A stretch of DNA of 63,963 nt, the filler included, from Octopus bimaculoides (Eukaryota), in NCBI RefSeq assembly GCF_001194135.2. It is 5 parts of 5 records of this genome, joined end to end, with 100 filler letters (N's around TTAATTAATTAA, not from the genome) between each part and the next. Parts side by side here need not be neighbours in the genome. Positions count along the whole stretch, not along the records: positions 19,006 to 30,382 come from NC_068984.1; positions 30,483 to 39,956 come from NC_068990.1; 3 more parts are not named here. One strand, 5' to 3'. Under the pieces are notes generated by a model. The model ran no database searches and had not been told where the DNA came from. It was given only the letters and a program-made list of their open reading frames with translations. How positions within the stretch are numbered: the stretch's first letter is position 1; each line of letters starts with the position of its first letter. Made by a program: the position numbers and the translations under genes. Positions 26,927 through 39,860 of the stretch are shown piece by piece.

Positions 26927-27100
26927 GTGTGTCTGTGTTTGTCTCCCACCACCACTCGACAGCTAGTGTTGATTTGTTTACATTCCAGTAACTTAGCGGT
27001 TTGGTAAAAAAGATTGATAGATTAAGTACCAGGCTGAAAAGCAAAATTAGTATTGGAATCAATTCATTTGATTAAAATTCATGGCTGCAGTTCAATGACT
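26927..27100 (+). mobile_element. SINE family A, 3' half
   Basis: TGTTGATTTGTTTACATTCCAGTAACTTAGCGG..TAAGTACCAGG module. Confidence 0.6.
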
Positions 27101-27521
27101 TCTCTTCTTCCCCCTCTCTCTCTCATTATATATATAAATATAAGTGTATATATATATATATATATATATATATGAATGAAAGATCAGAGGTCCTTCCTTA
27201 GGCATAGATACATATGGCTGGTTTCTAAGGTTTTGTAACATATGTATTCCCCACTAGATGGGGCTCTCGTCCATTGCAGAGTTACTCATTTTTGCCAGCT
27301 GACTGGAGTGGGGCATCATGAGATGAAGTGTTTTGCTCAAGAACTCAATGCAACACCCAGTCTGGGAATCAAAGCCACAATCTTATGATCATGAGTACAA
27401 CACCCTTACCACAAAGCCTTGTAACTACACAGACACAGAAACACATGCATACATACATATGTGTGTGTGTGTGTGTGTGTGCTTGTGTGTATGTATGTAT
27501 GTATGTATGTATGTATATATA

Positions 27522-27738
27522 CAAAGGGGTGCTGAAAAGTTCCTGGCTTTGACTCATAGCAAATGCAGAAGGATCAGTTAATTATGATTTTATGCAGCAT
27601 ATTCACCTCTCGATTTCACGCATATGTTGCAGCCATCCTTCAGGTTTTCTAAGCCCTGTTAAAGAACTTGGAAGGCTGTGTCTCCAACCAAGCCTTTTGT
27701 GATCCCCTCAAAGCCAGGAACTTTCCAGCACCCCTTTG
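27522..27738. mobile_element. Tc1/mariner-type MITE, 217 bp, with 31-bp TIRs
   Basis: 27522-27552 vs reverse complement of 27708-27738: 30/31 identical. TA on the left flank, TG on the right; no coding capacity. Confidence 0.85.
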
Positions 27739-27764
27739 TGTATATGTATATATGTGTGTGTGTG

Positions 27765-27802
<38 letters not shown>

Positions 27803-28466
27803 TGTGTATGCATATGTTTGTATTTGTATATTTATGTATTTATATATATTAAAACTAATGGTTTGATATCTTCCTTCCTTTCCATTTCACTGCTTTTTAT
27901 TTTTCAAAATTTTTCAAAACCAAACTAAAAAGAATTATTGGAGACAGTAAACACAGTGTCCTAATTTCTTTTTGTCTTCTTTTCTTTCATCCTTAAACAT
28001 TTTGTTTTTCTCTCCTCTTCCTCTTTTTGTTTTTTATATCCCATATTTTCTTTTTACTATATTTTTGTCAATATTTTATTCTCTTTCAAGTTATTTTCAA
28101 AAGATGTCAGTGGTTCCAGCAAATATCTTATTTTTCATTTCTTTTCTTCCCCTTTTCATTATCAGCATTTCAGGTTTTATCTAAGTCTTTGGATTATTGT
28201 TTTTAACAGATACTTCTACTAGTTGTCTCCTCGGAGCAATTTTTATTCCTCGGAGTTCCACAGAAACAAGACGCAATATTCACATTTAGATGATGCATAA
28301 ATGTCAAAAATGTCCAAAATCTTTTTACTCAAATACTTTGAATTTTAAGTAGAATCATTGATTGTATACGTGTGTGGCTGTGTTTGAGTTTAAATGTGGT
28401 ATGCATGCGTGTATGTATGGTATGTATGTATGTATATGTGTGTATATATATATATGTATATGTATG

Positions 28467-28497
<31 letters not shown>

Positions 28498-28888
28498 NNN
28501 NNNNNNNNNNNNNNNNNNNNNNNNNNNNNNNNNNNNNNNNNNNNNNNNNNNNNNNNNNNNNNNNNNNNNNNNNNNNNNNNNNNNNNNNNNNNNNNNNNNN
28601 NNNNNNNNNNNNNNNNNNNNNNNNNNNNNNNNNNNNNNNNNNNNNNNNNNNNNNNNNNNNNNNNNNNNNNNNNNNNNNNNNNNNNNNNNNNNNNNNNNNN
28701 NNNNNNNNNNNNNNNNNNNNNNNNNNNNNNNNNNNNNNNNNNNNNNNNNNNNNNNNNNNNNNNNNNNNNNNNNNNNNNNNNNNNNNNNNNNNNNNNNNNN
28801 NNNNNNNNNNNNNNNNNNNNNNNNNNNNNNNNNNNNNNNNNNNNNNNNNNNNNNNNNNNNNNNNNNNNNNNNNNNNNNNNNNNNNNNN

Positions 28889-28955
<67 letters not shown>

Positions 28956-29283
28956 TGTTCATACATACATGCAATGTAGATCTGTGTGTTTTTTATAAAA
29001 TAACCTATGAGGGTTCATCACACACTCACAGTACAACATATACACACGTATACATACACTGACATCCCCATATAATATGTGTGTGTACATGCTTATGAAT
29101 ATTTTTCAGTGCATTATTTTTCCAAGTATAGATTATAGTTTCTTGATTATCCGCATACAAATGCACATACACTCATATCATCATAAAAGCACCCCCACAC
29201 ACAAACTTCAGTCTCATTTAAAATGAAAGGTTAAATTATAAAGAGCAAACCATAACTCCTATGATATATACATATACATGTAT

Positions 29284-29315
<32 letters not shown>

Positions 29316-29372
29316 GTGTGTGNNNNNNNNNNNNNNNNNNNNNNNNNNNNNNNNNNNNNNNNNNNNNNNNNN

Positions 29373-29427
<55 letters not shown>

Positions 29428-30319
29428 AGGAAGGAAGCATTTAGTTTTCTTAAAAGCATATCAGCAAAGAAAATTATATTGAATATGGAAAAAAAACAAT
29501 ATGTCCAACATCTCACCAACATATATCTTCTCTGTTGACTTTATTTCTTTTTACAAACTTTACCTGTTGTTCACTTATCTTATTGCGAAATCTTGTAGAT
29601 ATCTTGACAGTCATTTAAGTTGAGAGATGATTTTTATTCCTTATTTATTTTATATTGGAAATGTAACTATGTATCACATTTACAAGGAGAAGCTTATGTC
29701 AGATATCTTGGTCTGACATTGCAGCTATTCTAAATTTTTTTTTTTCATACTTAGGAAACAAAAAACAAAACTGTCCTTACAGATTTTGAATTCCTTCTTA
29801 TGATGCCATCCTTTTTCATTCATTTTGGAGATTGAACCTTACATTATTATTTATTTATTTTGGTTTTGCTTTAATTTTCATTCATCTATGATTATTTAAT
29901 CAAGATGTCTATTATTGGTGCAACTATAGCTTTATTATTCAGAAGTTTGCCTTGTGATCACATGGTATTGTTTTTTATTCTTTAATTTGGTCCTGCTTTG
30001 TGGGCAGTGCATCCACATTGAATGAATGTCTTCTATCATAGGCTTGTGGTAACCAATATTCATATGTGAAATTTGGTCACCAAATACTGTCGTGTTGCTT
30101 ACATATAGCATTTATTAGAATATCATTTATTGATTACTGGGCAGATGTACATGAATCCTAAATCTGTATATAACAAATCAGTTTCAGGGTGAAGACAATT
30201 TTAGTCTTCCTACTTTGGTCAGCTTCAATGATTGGCCTGAAGAAATTGTGTGCTCTTTCACTTCCTCCAGCAAGTGACTGTTCTTGCATCTACTTGCTAT
30301 GCCCCACCCTCTCTCCTTC

Positions 30320-30382
<63 letters not shown>

Positions 30383-30482
30383 NNNNNNNNNNNNNNNNNN
30401 NNNNNNNNNNNNNNNNNNNNNNNNNNTTAATTAATTAANNNNNNNNNNNNNNNNNNNNNNNNNNNNNNNNNNNNNNNNNNNN

Positions 30483-30522
<40 letters not shown>

Positions 30523-30952
30523 ATGTGTGCGTGTGTGCATTGAAAGCTTGTGTATTTTTTTCTATATTTGTGTTTATGTGTACGTGAGAGTTTGTGAATT
30601 GCTTAGTATATGTATTTACGTCAACGTTCATACACACTTACAAACGCATGTGAACGTACGTATATACATATAATACATGTGTTTGCATGTATGATATTAC
30701 GTACACGAAAGTATGCTGTATTCTAAATTTTTCAAAATAAATCTCTCTCCTCTCTCTCACCCCCCTCTCTCTCTCTCTCTTTGTATATGCGTGCGTGCGT
30801 GCCTGCCTGCCTGCATGCATGCATTCGTGTGTGTATATGTGTGTAGTTGAATATTTTTATAGTGATAGAAAATAGGTGATACTCGCGGGTGAGACTGAAT
30901 GTATCTTTGTATCAGTGTGTATTTTCATCTGAATTTCCATGAATACTTACAC

Positions 30953-30984
<32 letters not shown>

Positions 30985-32385
30985 ACTTGTTCATATGTAG
31001 CTATATGAATGTATATGCATTTTATATTGTTTTTGTTCTACATAACTACGATTCGAAACAATGGTTGATGTTTAAAAATCGATTTTGGTTCATGTTGTGT
31101 GAATGTTTACAAACCGATTGTTACTACTGTTAAGAAGTAACGTGTAAAACTGGTAAGGTAAAACTGGTGCAGTTAACCTGCAAACATTCTCACCCCACTC
31201 TATCGAATAAGAAAGACTTTGCAGACAAGAGGCACTCGATTTTTTTTAAAACAGTAATTTTATTTTTAATGTATGTCTATTTCTTCTTTTTTTTTCCGTC
31301 TTTGTTTTTAGCGATTAATTTGTAATTGAAGAAATCGCGATAGCAAAATGAAAACGTTGTTAGCCCGATGTTATCACCCTGCTCGTGCTAACTTTTGTTC
31401 AAATGCGTTCCATTCATGACATTCACATATTTTTCTAGGATTACGTTATCCAGTGTATTCTTCCTTTTTATTTTTATTTTGAGAGCTAGGGGGCTGAGCA
31501 ACCATATAGCTGCTCGTGAGTGAAAAGGTATCTTGGATATAGCGTTATTCATTGATGTTAGTTTGGTTTCCTTCTGCAGACATGCATCGGTTGAACAGAT
31601 CTACGAAACCGTATTATCTCCATTTGAGATCAAATTTGTATCAAATGATGTACCGTGCCGAGCTCCCCCTCCCCACCCCACCTAACCACCTTCTCTCTCT
31701 CTCTCATACACACACACGCACACACACACCCTATGATGCAACACGTAACATTTCAACAACTCCGGTGAAATATATGATGATATTATCCTTTCAGTTCTGT
31801 ATAGCAATATACCTTATCTTTTATCATTTAGTCATTGGACTACAGTCATTGGACTACAGTCATTCTGGGACACTGCCTTTTAAGGTTTTTGTCGAACAAA
31901 TCGTATGTATTATTTAAAAGTCATCCTACCCGTCCCTTTTGCCGAATCGCTACATTACTGGGTCGTAAACAAACCAACACCACTTATTAAGTAGTGGTGG
32001 GAGACTAACACGTGCGCCTTTTGTGTATATGTGTATAAACCTGCATGGTAGGCATACAAACACGGTAAATTTAACTATTTTCTCGTAGACTGGTAAAATG
32101 ACGAATAGCCTTAATTGATTTTCGAACCTTACTGGGTTCTCGTCAGAGCTGTCAGCATCACTTGACCAATGCCCGAGAAATCAAGCAGCCAATCTATTTA
32201 TGTACACAACAAATCAGTTAGTTTCAGGGAACTGGGGCTGCTAATTTGCATATTCTAAGTATTTAACACTAATATCAGCGGCTTGTCAACGGGGATTGCT
32301 GTCTACACAGTATCAAGATATGATATAATTTACGTAAACCTACATAGTACACATAGTACATCTACATAGTACACATAAGAACATG

Positions 32386-32506
32386 ACAAAGGCTTTGGTA
32401 GGCCCGAGGCTAAAGTAGATGACACTCGCCTAAGGTGCCATGCTGTGGGACTGAACTCGAAATCATGTGGTCAGGAAGCAAACTTCTTACCACACAGCTA
32501 CGCCTG
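32386..32506 (-). mobile_element. SINE family A, 5' head fragment
   Basis: Matches 61950-62070 (tRNA-like head). Confidence 0.8.
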
Positions 32507-32529
32507 ATTATTTACCTTAAAATATATTT

Positions 32530-33004
32530 TCTTTGTTGAAAGAGGCTGCAAGAAAGTCACTTGACCCTTCTAACTTGAAAAAAAACAGCCAAATCTTCAA
32601 ATCACACTCTACCAACCCTTTTTTTTTTTAATAAGATAATGCATTATCAGAAAATGCAGACCAACGGTTACAGTTGGAAATATATTGGATAGATCTTTAG
32701 GTTCAGAGCCCCGTAACTCGTTGGGCAAATAAATGCCTTGTGAGTGAATTCGGTACAAGGAAACTGCGTGGAAACCCGTTATTTGTGTGTGTGCTTTGTA
32801 TTTGTGTTTGCCCACCACCACCACTTGATCACCGGTATTGGTTTGTTTAGGTCCTCGTAACTAAGTAGCTCGATAGATCACACTGATACAATAAGTACAT
32901 TTAAAAAATAAGTATTGAAGTCGATTTCTTCGACTAAGCCCTACAAGGCAGTGCCCGAGCATGGCCACAGTCCAGTGACTTAAACAAGTAAAAGATAAAA
33001 GATA
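32530..33004 (+). mobile_element. SINE-like repeat with a different 5' part but the family-A 3' half and (AAAAGAT)n tail
   Basis: AACAGCCAAAT 5' module (also weakly at about 60290) followed by GCCTTGTGAGTG, GTTTGTTTA and CATGGCCACAGTCCAGTGAC modules. Confidence 0.5.
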
Positions 33005-34149
33005 ATTGTAATTTCCGTTGTATGAAATACAGGAATGCTAAAAATAAAATGAAAATAACTACTTTTTTTCCTTTCTTTGAGGTATGGAACCCCTTATCTG
33101 AAACGCCTCCAGACTTTGATTGGCTCTTTGAGCTAAGCTTGACCGAGGCAAATCAACAACCATACATCACATCGCTTATTTGCTTCTAGTCATGTTTAAG
33201 CTTCTCTGATGAAAGGTATTAATTAATGGGTGACTTTCTATTCACTTGGAAATGTGGGGAAAATGGAAATAGTAACGTTTCTTAGAAGAGCGCCAAATTA
33301 AGTAAATTACCTTTCAATTTCATAAAATGTTTAATTTAGCTTAATTTATTTGCCTTCAGTTATGCCGTTTCAAGAAAGGTGAAATAGTGCTTTACATAGC
33401 TACTAACGATTTGAAACTTTAATGTGCAGGAAAAAAATATTAAATGTGTATACTCTCTGTACACCTTTATTCTTTGATGTAAAGTCCAAACTTTCAAATC
33501 TGCCTCAACTTAACTTAATCTAGAATGAATTGACACCCCTATGATAACTGACCACCAGGGGTATACTACGTCTTTAGGTGACACGTGCGGGTGAGACTGA
33601 ATGTATTTTTTATCTCAGAGTGTATTTACATCTGAACCTCTAAAGACACACACACAAAACACTGATTGTATGCGTGTGTGTATGTGTGTATGTGTGACAT
33701 CTTTGTAAGTAGCTGTAAATGTAGCTTTATATCTCAAATTGAAAGTACCACCATTGCCAGTACTGAGTCTCATCGCACCAAGGATCCTATCCGATGTGGA
33801 CCAAACTGCTAGAAACAGTGAAAATTCATCTCCCCAAATCAATCACACCACTCTTTCGCCTTTAAAAACGAATGATGCATTAGATTAGGCAATTTAGTCT
33901 TGAATATACAAAAGCGGAGTGATCGCAGCTACAAAGCCTTATATCATAGGTGTGTCCGTTCTAACATGGCGGCATAATCGTTGCAACCTTGCGGTATTTA
34001 GTTACGTTCCTTCACGTAAGTCCTTCGTTATTGTTTTTTTTTTAATTATAGGTACTAGTGAAGTATGACAGTCAGTATGTTCTGTATAAAGCATTGCATG
34101 TAAGGGAGCGTGAGACAGACAGATAGGTACGCATGTGTGTATATATACA

Positions 34150-34188
<39 letters not shown>

Positions 34189-34486
34189 NNNNNNNNNNNN
34201 NNNNNNNNNNNNNNNNNNNNNNNNNNNNNNNNNNNNNNNNNNNNNNNNNNNNNNNNNNNNNNNNNNNNNNNNNNNNNNNNNNNNNNNNNNNNNNNNNNNN
34301 NNNNNNNNNNNNNNNNNNNNNNNNNNNNNNNNNNNNTATATATACGTATGTGTGTGTGTGTGTTTGTGAGAGAGAGAGAAATAGTCTTATGTGTGTTTGT
34401 ATGTATGTATGTATCCACCCATCCAGTTATCTTGTTTGTCCACTATTCCTGGAGGGTCGTGGGGAGAGAGTCCTTAGCCACCTCAT

Positions 34487-34730
34487 TTAAAGAGTCCTGT
34501 CAGAGGCAACCATCATTACACTTTCTGACTCGATTCTCAAGCGTGACGAACTGAGACTAGGGATATCATCCAACCATCTCGTTTTTGGTTTACTCCTTGG
34601 TCTCCTGCCAGTTGGCTCGGCTTGATGAATCTGTTTGACGATTCCTTCCTGCAGCATTCTAATCACATGTCCGTAGTTATAGAGCGGTGACCGTTCAATG
34701 CGTAGAAGTAGCAACTAAATCTGGAATGAA
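34487..34730 (-). mobile_element. RTE-clade LINE, end of RT ORF
   Basis: YGHVIRM..TGRRPRSKPKTRWLDDI (ORF 34487-34714). Confidence 0.75.
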
Positions 34731-34807
34731 AGCAATTAGATGTCATATCAAGAAAGAGGTGGGGCAGCATGCGTGAGAGATATACATATACAGAGAGTGC
34801 TAAAGTG

Positions 34808-34869
<62 letters not shown>

Positions 34870-35171
34870 NNNNNNNNNNNNNNNNNNNNNNNNNNNNNNN
34901 NNNNNNNNNNNNNNNNNNNNNNNNNNNNNNNNNNNNNNNNNNNNNNNNNNNNNNNNNNNNNNNNNNNNNNNNNNNNNNNNNNNNNNNNNNNNNNNNNNNN
35001 NNNNNNNNNNNNNNNNNNNNNNNNNNNNNNNNNNNNNNNNNNNNNNNNNNNNNNNNNNNNNNNNNNNNNNNNNNNNNNNNNNNNNNNNNNNNNNNNNNNN
35101 NNNNNNNNNNNNNNNNNNNNNNNNNNNNNNNNNNNNNNNNNNNNNNNNNNNNNNNNNNNNNNNNNNNNNNN

Positions 35172-37220
35172 GTCTTGTCCGGATTTCCATTAGGTGCAGC
35201 CCGCGAGACATTTCCCGCGACCTAGTGGGGCTTTTTGAACCGTCGGCAAATTTGACAGAGCCAATCAGCCAGAACAGCATCCTACTTTCATGAGACTTAA
35301 CCGTAACTTTGGAGAAGAAATCTGAAAGAGTTAGAGAGAAAGAGGAAATCGTCCTTTTGTCCGATACTGTAGTATAGTATCACTGTACGATAAGTTATTT
35401 TTCGCTTCTACTCCAATTGACTTGGTTATAAATATTTTTTCTGTCTTATTTCAGATGGCTGAAGGTACTCAACCTGACGACAAGAAGGCAGAGTTCGGGC
35501 GTTTGAGTGCCCAGCTGGAGAAGCAATGTGCCTTCATGAAGAGGATCGTCTCTTCGGCGAAAGCGGTTGCTGAGAGCAACATTTGGGCCAGCTACCGTGC
35601 TGCACACCTTGTGGCCACCAACCTCAAGCCGTTTACCGATGGCGAATTCTTCAAGGTGTACATGATGGCTGTGGTTAAGGACGTGTGACCTTGACAAGTC
35701 GAGTGAGATTGAGGCCATCAGCCTGTCTGCCAGGACCTTGACCCGCCGCGTAGAGATGGCCACCGATATCCGGGGCACCCTGATGGACATGTGTCAGTCC
35801 GCTCGCTTCTTCTCCATCGCCTTGGACGAGTCGACTGACATCAAGCTTGCCATCTTCTTCCGCGGCGGCAGGGATGACTTCGTCGTCTTTGAGGAGTTCA
35901 TCAGACTCATTCCCCGCAGCGGTACCACCACTGGCGCCGACGTGTGCAAGGCAGTAACAGACTGGCTGAAGGAGGCCGACCTGGACCTCTCTCGCATGTG
36001 CGGCATCACATGATCGGGGACAAGAAGGGCTTTGCGACGCTTCTTGTGAAGTACTTGCGCAGCTTTGGACGTCTGCAGGGTGTGAAGTGCTTTCACTGTC
36101 TGGTGCACCAGGAAGCTCTGTGCGCCAAGTCCGTGACCATTACAGAGGTCATGACTATCGTCGTCAGGGCTGTGAACTTTGTTTGCACCCGTGCTCTCAA
36201 CCACAGACAGTTCCGCGCTCTCTTGGATGATGCTGAGGCAGAGTTCAACGACCTGATCTACTTCTGCAAGGTCCGTTGGCTCAGCTGAGGAAAGATGTTG
36301 GAGAGAGTCTTCAACCTGAGGGATGAGCTGGCGTCTTTCCTGCGAGAGAAGGACATTGCTGTCCTTCAGTTCGAGGATCCCGCATGAGTGTGTAACCGTG
36401 GGTTCCTGGTGGACATTACTGGACATCTAAACGAGCTGAACATTCAGCTGCAGTGTAAAGACGTCTTGGTACCTGACTTCCTCGCCCACGTAAAGGCATT
36501 CGAATGCAAACTTCGCCTGTGGAAGCATCAGTTCAACCAGAGGAAATTTACTCACTTCTCCCGCTTGGCTGAGCTGTGCCCAACCCCCGCTGCCTGCCGT
36601 CGCTACGCCGCTGCCTTGACTGAGCTGCGAGGCGAGTTCGAGAGGCGCTTCAAAGAGGTGCGCGCCTGTGAGAAGGAGCTGAAGCTATTCTCCGCTCCCT
36701 TTGATGTGGATTCTGTGGAAGTGGCCGACGACATTCAGCTGGAGCACATTGAGCTCCAGTGCTCAGAGAGCCACCGCGCAAAGTTTGCACTTGTGTCGCC
36801 CATGGAGTTCTGGCGCTCGCTCTCAGCCTCCCGTGCTTTCCCGGCTCTTTTCGGGATGCCCTACGCTTAGCTTCATTGTTCGCGTCCACATACTCTTTCG
36901 AGCAGCTGTTCAGCCGCATGAGGCTGACGAAGAACAAGACGAGAGCACAGCTTCAAGATGCTCATCTTCAAGACGTTCTCCTTCTGGCCTCGTCCATCAA
37001 GCCGGACATTGACTCTGTATCTGTTTCAAAGAATCGCCAGCCTTCCCATTAATCGTTTCACATTGTGATTACTGCAAGTCTTAATAAAGGTTCAATTTAC
37101 ATTTATTATCATTGATTTTGTGTGTTTATTATTTCTTCGGGATGGGAGGGGGTACGGCCCGTGAGGTGGCCTAGACGTCGCCCAGTGGCCCGCGGCCTGG
37201 TTTAGGTTGCCGACGCCTAG
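35172..37220 (+). mobile_element. hAT (Buster/Charlie/SPIN-like) DNA transposon remnant; left end lost in the gap
   Basis: Transposase pseudogene plus right terminus AGGTTGCCGACGCCT at 37204-37218, resembling Charlie-type TIRs. Confidence 0.85.
35455..37052 (+). pseudogene. Disrupted GTF2IRD2-like hAT transposase
   Basis: ASY..KPFTDGEFFK, FSIALDESTDI, GTTTGAD, HCLVHQEALCAK, VRWLS, FLVDITGHLNELN, FASTYSFEQLFSRM..K..R..L.D.HL; several stops and frameshifts. Confidence 0.92.
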
Positions 37221-37620
37221 ATTAGAGGATTAAAAAAAAAGTTAAGTGGTTTGCACCGACGTACGCATGTATACAAACATAAACACTATAGCGATCTAAA
37301 GCATTTATACTGTTGAAAGACTTCTAAACTGCGGTATTGTTTTAAGGAGATTTTCTGCTGCTGATATGTCTCTGTTTTTAACACAATGCATCTAATAAAA
37401 GATGATTTCTCGAGAGGAATATCGAAGTTTAGAAGGCTTTCAACAGTATATATATGCTTCAAGTATGATATACAGACCGTTAATTTGAACTAATGATGTT
37501 TTTGTCACTAATAACCAATTTATAGATATTATTATATATACATCATGATACTTGTATCTATAATCAGATAAACTACACTTGCACACATACACTCTCATAC
37601 ACGCATACACTAACATACAT

Positions 37621-37835
37621 AATCCTTTCTACAAAAGGCATAAGGCCTGAAATTTGGGGGAAGGAGCTAGTCGATTAGATCGACCCCAAAACTCAACTGG
37701 TACTTAATTTATCGACCCCGAAAGGATGAAAGGCAAAGTCGACCACGGCGGAATTTGAACTCAGAAACATAAAGACAGACGAAATACCGCTAAGCATTTC
37801 GCCCGACATGCTAACAATTCTGGCTGTTCGCTGCC
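37621..37835 (-). mobile_element. tRNA-derived SINE family B (tail variant B2)
   Basis: Core GCCTTTCATCCTTTCGGGGTCGATAAATTAAGTACCAG on the minus strand; head aligns with 47893. Confidence 0.88.
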
Positions 37836-38439
37836 ATTATACACTACATATATAATATGTGTGTATCTGTGTGCGCGTGCGTGTATATGTGTGTATGTGT
37901 GTGTGTGTAAATACACACACATATGTATATGTGTGTAAATACACACACACATATACATATATAAACGCATATACATATCTATACACATGCATATATATAC
38001 GTTATTACTATTTCATATACTCGCATAGGATATAAAGTCTCTTAAAATTAGTTCAATCATTAAAGGTAACAGACACACGCACGAACCTTTCACTTTATAG
38101 TGACACATAACAGAAGTAGTTTAATTTGTGTCCATTTCAAATATATTTAATGTATTCTAAGAGCTGAACTCACGCCACGTGGGATTAAAAGTGTAATGTG
38201 TTAGTATATATACATTGAACTTGAAAGGCCGTATACATTGTGCCTAACAGCAACACTGTCGCCATTTGCTGAATTATACACTAAATATTATGCATTAAAT
38301 TAACATTCTTATAACAACAAATTGGAAATCATTTGTCTTGTTTTTATTGATTACTTAATATTTTTATAAGTTTAGTTTGAATAGTCATTGCCTGTCTGAA
38401 CCTAACGCGACGGTATCTACCTGTACTTATATATTGCAG

Positions 38440-38727
38440 TATTGACCAGTAGTACAGGTGTTGTTATACACCGCTGGTCAAAGTGCGTTTCCAGTTCTGT
38501 CTTGATTGCACTATTCTTTACCATCTTGAACCAAATTGTTTTATTGAATCGTTTCCTCATCGTCGTGGAGCCCTTCCATGCAGCGTTTTCTTATCTTTTT
38601 GGGTACGACTCGGCGACTGCACAGGTCCACCTGTTGTCTGTGAATCTTGCGAAATGTCTGACCCAGCGGAACTCGTGCTTTCGGTACTCTGCAATCACAT
38701 CGTTCTGCTCTGCTCTCAAATTATTTC

Positions 38728-38730
<3 letters not shown>
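38440..38730 (-). mobile_element. Decayed RTE-type LINE, RT C-terminus
   Basis: Minus-strand DVIAEYRKHEFRWVRHFARFTDNRWTCAVAESYP resembles the RTE WxGHxxRxxDNRWT motif. Confidence 0.7.
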
Positions 38731-38761
<31 letters not shown>

Positions 38762-39134
38762 TGTGTGTNNNNNNNNNNNNNNNNNNNNNNNNNNNNNNNN
38801 NNNNNNNNNNNNNNNNNNNNNNNNNNNNNNNNNNNNNNNNNNNNNNNNNNNNNNNNNNNNNNNNNNNNNNNNNNNNNNNNNNNNNNNNNNNNNNNNNNNN
38901 NNNNNNNNNNNNNNNNNNNNNNNNNNNNNNNNNNNNNNNNNNNNNNNNNNNNNNNNNNNNNNNNNNNNNNNNNNNNNNNNNNNNNNNNNNNNNNNNNNNN
39001 NNNNNNNNNNNNNNNNNNNNNNNNNNNNNNNNNNNNNNNNNNNNNNNNNNNNNNNNNNNNNNNNNNNNNNNNNNNNNNNNNNNNNNNNATACGAAAATAC
39101 ACAGACTTTACATAATTTTAATATAATTTTCAAT

Positions 39135-39169
39135 ATATCGACCGGTTTCGCTTTCGCTATTCATGATAT
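39135..39169 (-). ncRNA. Minimal type I hammerhead ribozyme motif (A3-U8 core variant) in the 3' region of a Penelope-like element
   Basis: Minus strand ATATC-ATGAATA-GC(GAAA)GC-GAAA-C(CG)G-TC-GATAT: 5-bp stem I, 2-bp stem II with GNRA loop, palindromic ACCGGT stem III, GUC triplet. Activity is untested. Confidence 0.72.
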
Positions 39170-39423
39170 TATGGTTTACTTATTTGAATATGTATTTTCT
39201 TAAGAAATTTTTGTCCATGTTGTGTGTGATGATATTTACGAGTGAATGGCTTCACAAGTAGAAGAATAAGGGGGAGGTAATTGGTTATCGTTATTATTGT
39301 TGTTGTAGTGGGCAAGGGAGAAAACTGTTCAGCTTTCGGTAAGAGGAGTGGAATATGTGTGTACACACACACAAAAAAAGGTGATGAAATCGTGAATTGA
39401 AATATGTAAAAAGATAAAAGTAT

Positions 39424-39860
39424 TTATGCGTGCATATTAAGACGTATTCTGCATTTTTCAATGAAAAAAGTTTCTTTATTTAAACGTTCTTGTGGAGAGA
39501 TTGTGGCTTTGCACAAGTAGAAGGGGAAGACTGTGAAATTTGGTTTGATGTTATCTGCACATTTTTCTATATGTTCACTGAGAGGAATTTGCCTGTACTG
39601 CGGGAAACAGATTTGCTCTTTATGTAGAGTGGTTCTCCTTCTCAAGGTCATACTCGTCTGTCCAATATAGCTATGTCCGCAACCCGAGCAAGTTATTACT
39701 TAAATTAGGTTCTCAGAGGCACAAGTGAAGCTAGTTTTAATTGTGAACCTCTGTCCTTGTTTGAAAAGGAAATCCGAGCCTTCAAGTAAGTTGGACCAGG
39801 TTCCACAGTTTGAACGTCGACGCTGTATTAGTACTGTAGTTTCTAATTCGTACATCTCCA
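39424..39860 (-). pseudogene. Penelope-like element (PLE) Zn-finger + GIY-YIG endonuclease remnant
   Basis: RSNCGTWSNL..FTIKTSFTCASENLI*VITCSGCGHSYIGQTSMTLRRRTTLHKEQI..LSEHIEKC..RLNKETFFI..LN; one in-frame stop. Confidence 0.9.

Noticed and set aside
30188-30277. Short frame GEDNFSLPTLVSFNDWPEEIVCSFTSSSK after TTTCAG
   Set aside because: Weak polypyrimidine tract and donor, no homology recognised.
32160-32255. Two CCAAT boxes and an ATTTGCAT octamer
   Set aside because: Short motifs are expected by chance in AT-rich DNA, and there is no downstream snRNA, histone or other gene.
33205-33235. CTGATGA matches (also 9555 and 58502)
   Set aside because: No downstream stem II, GAAA or UH arrangement.
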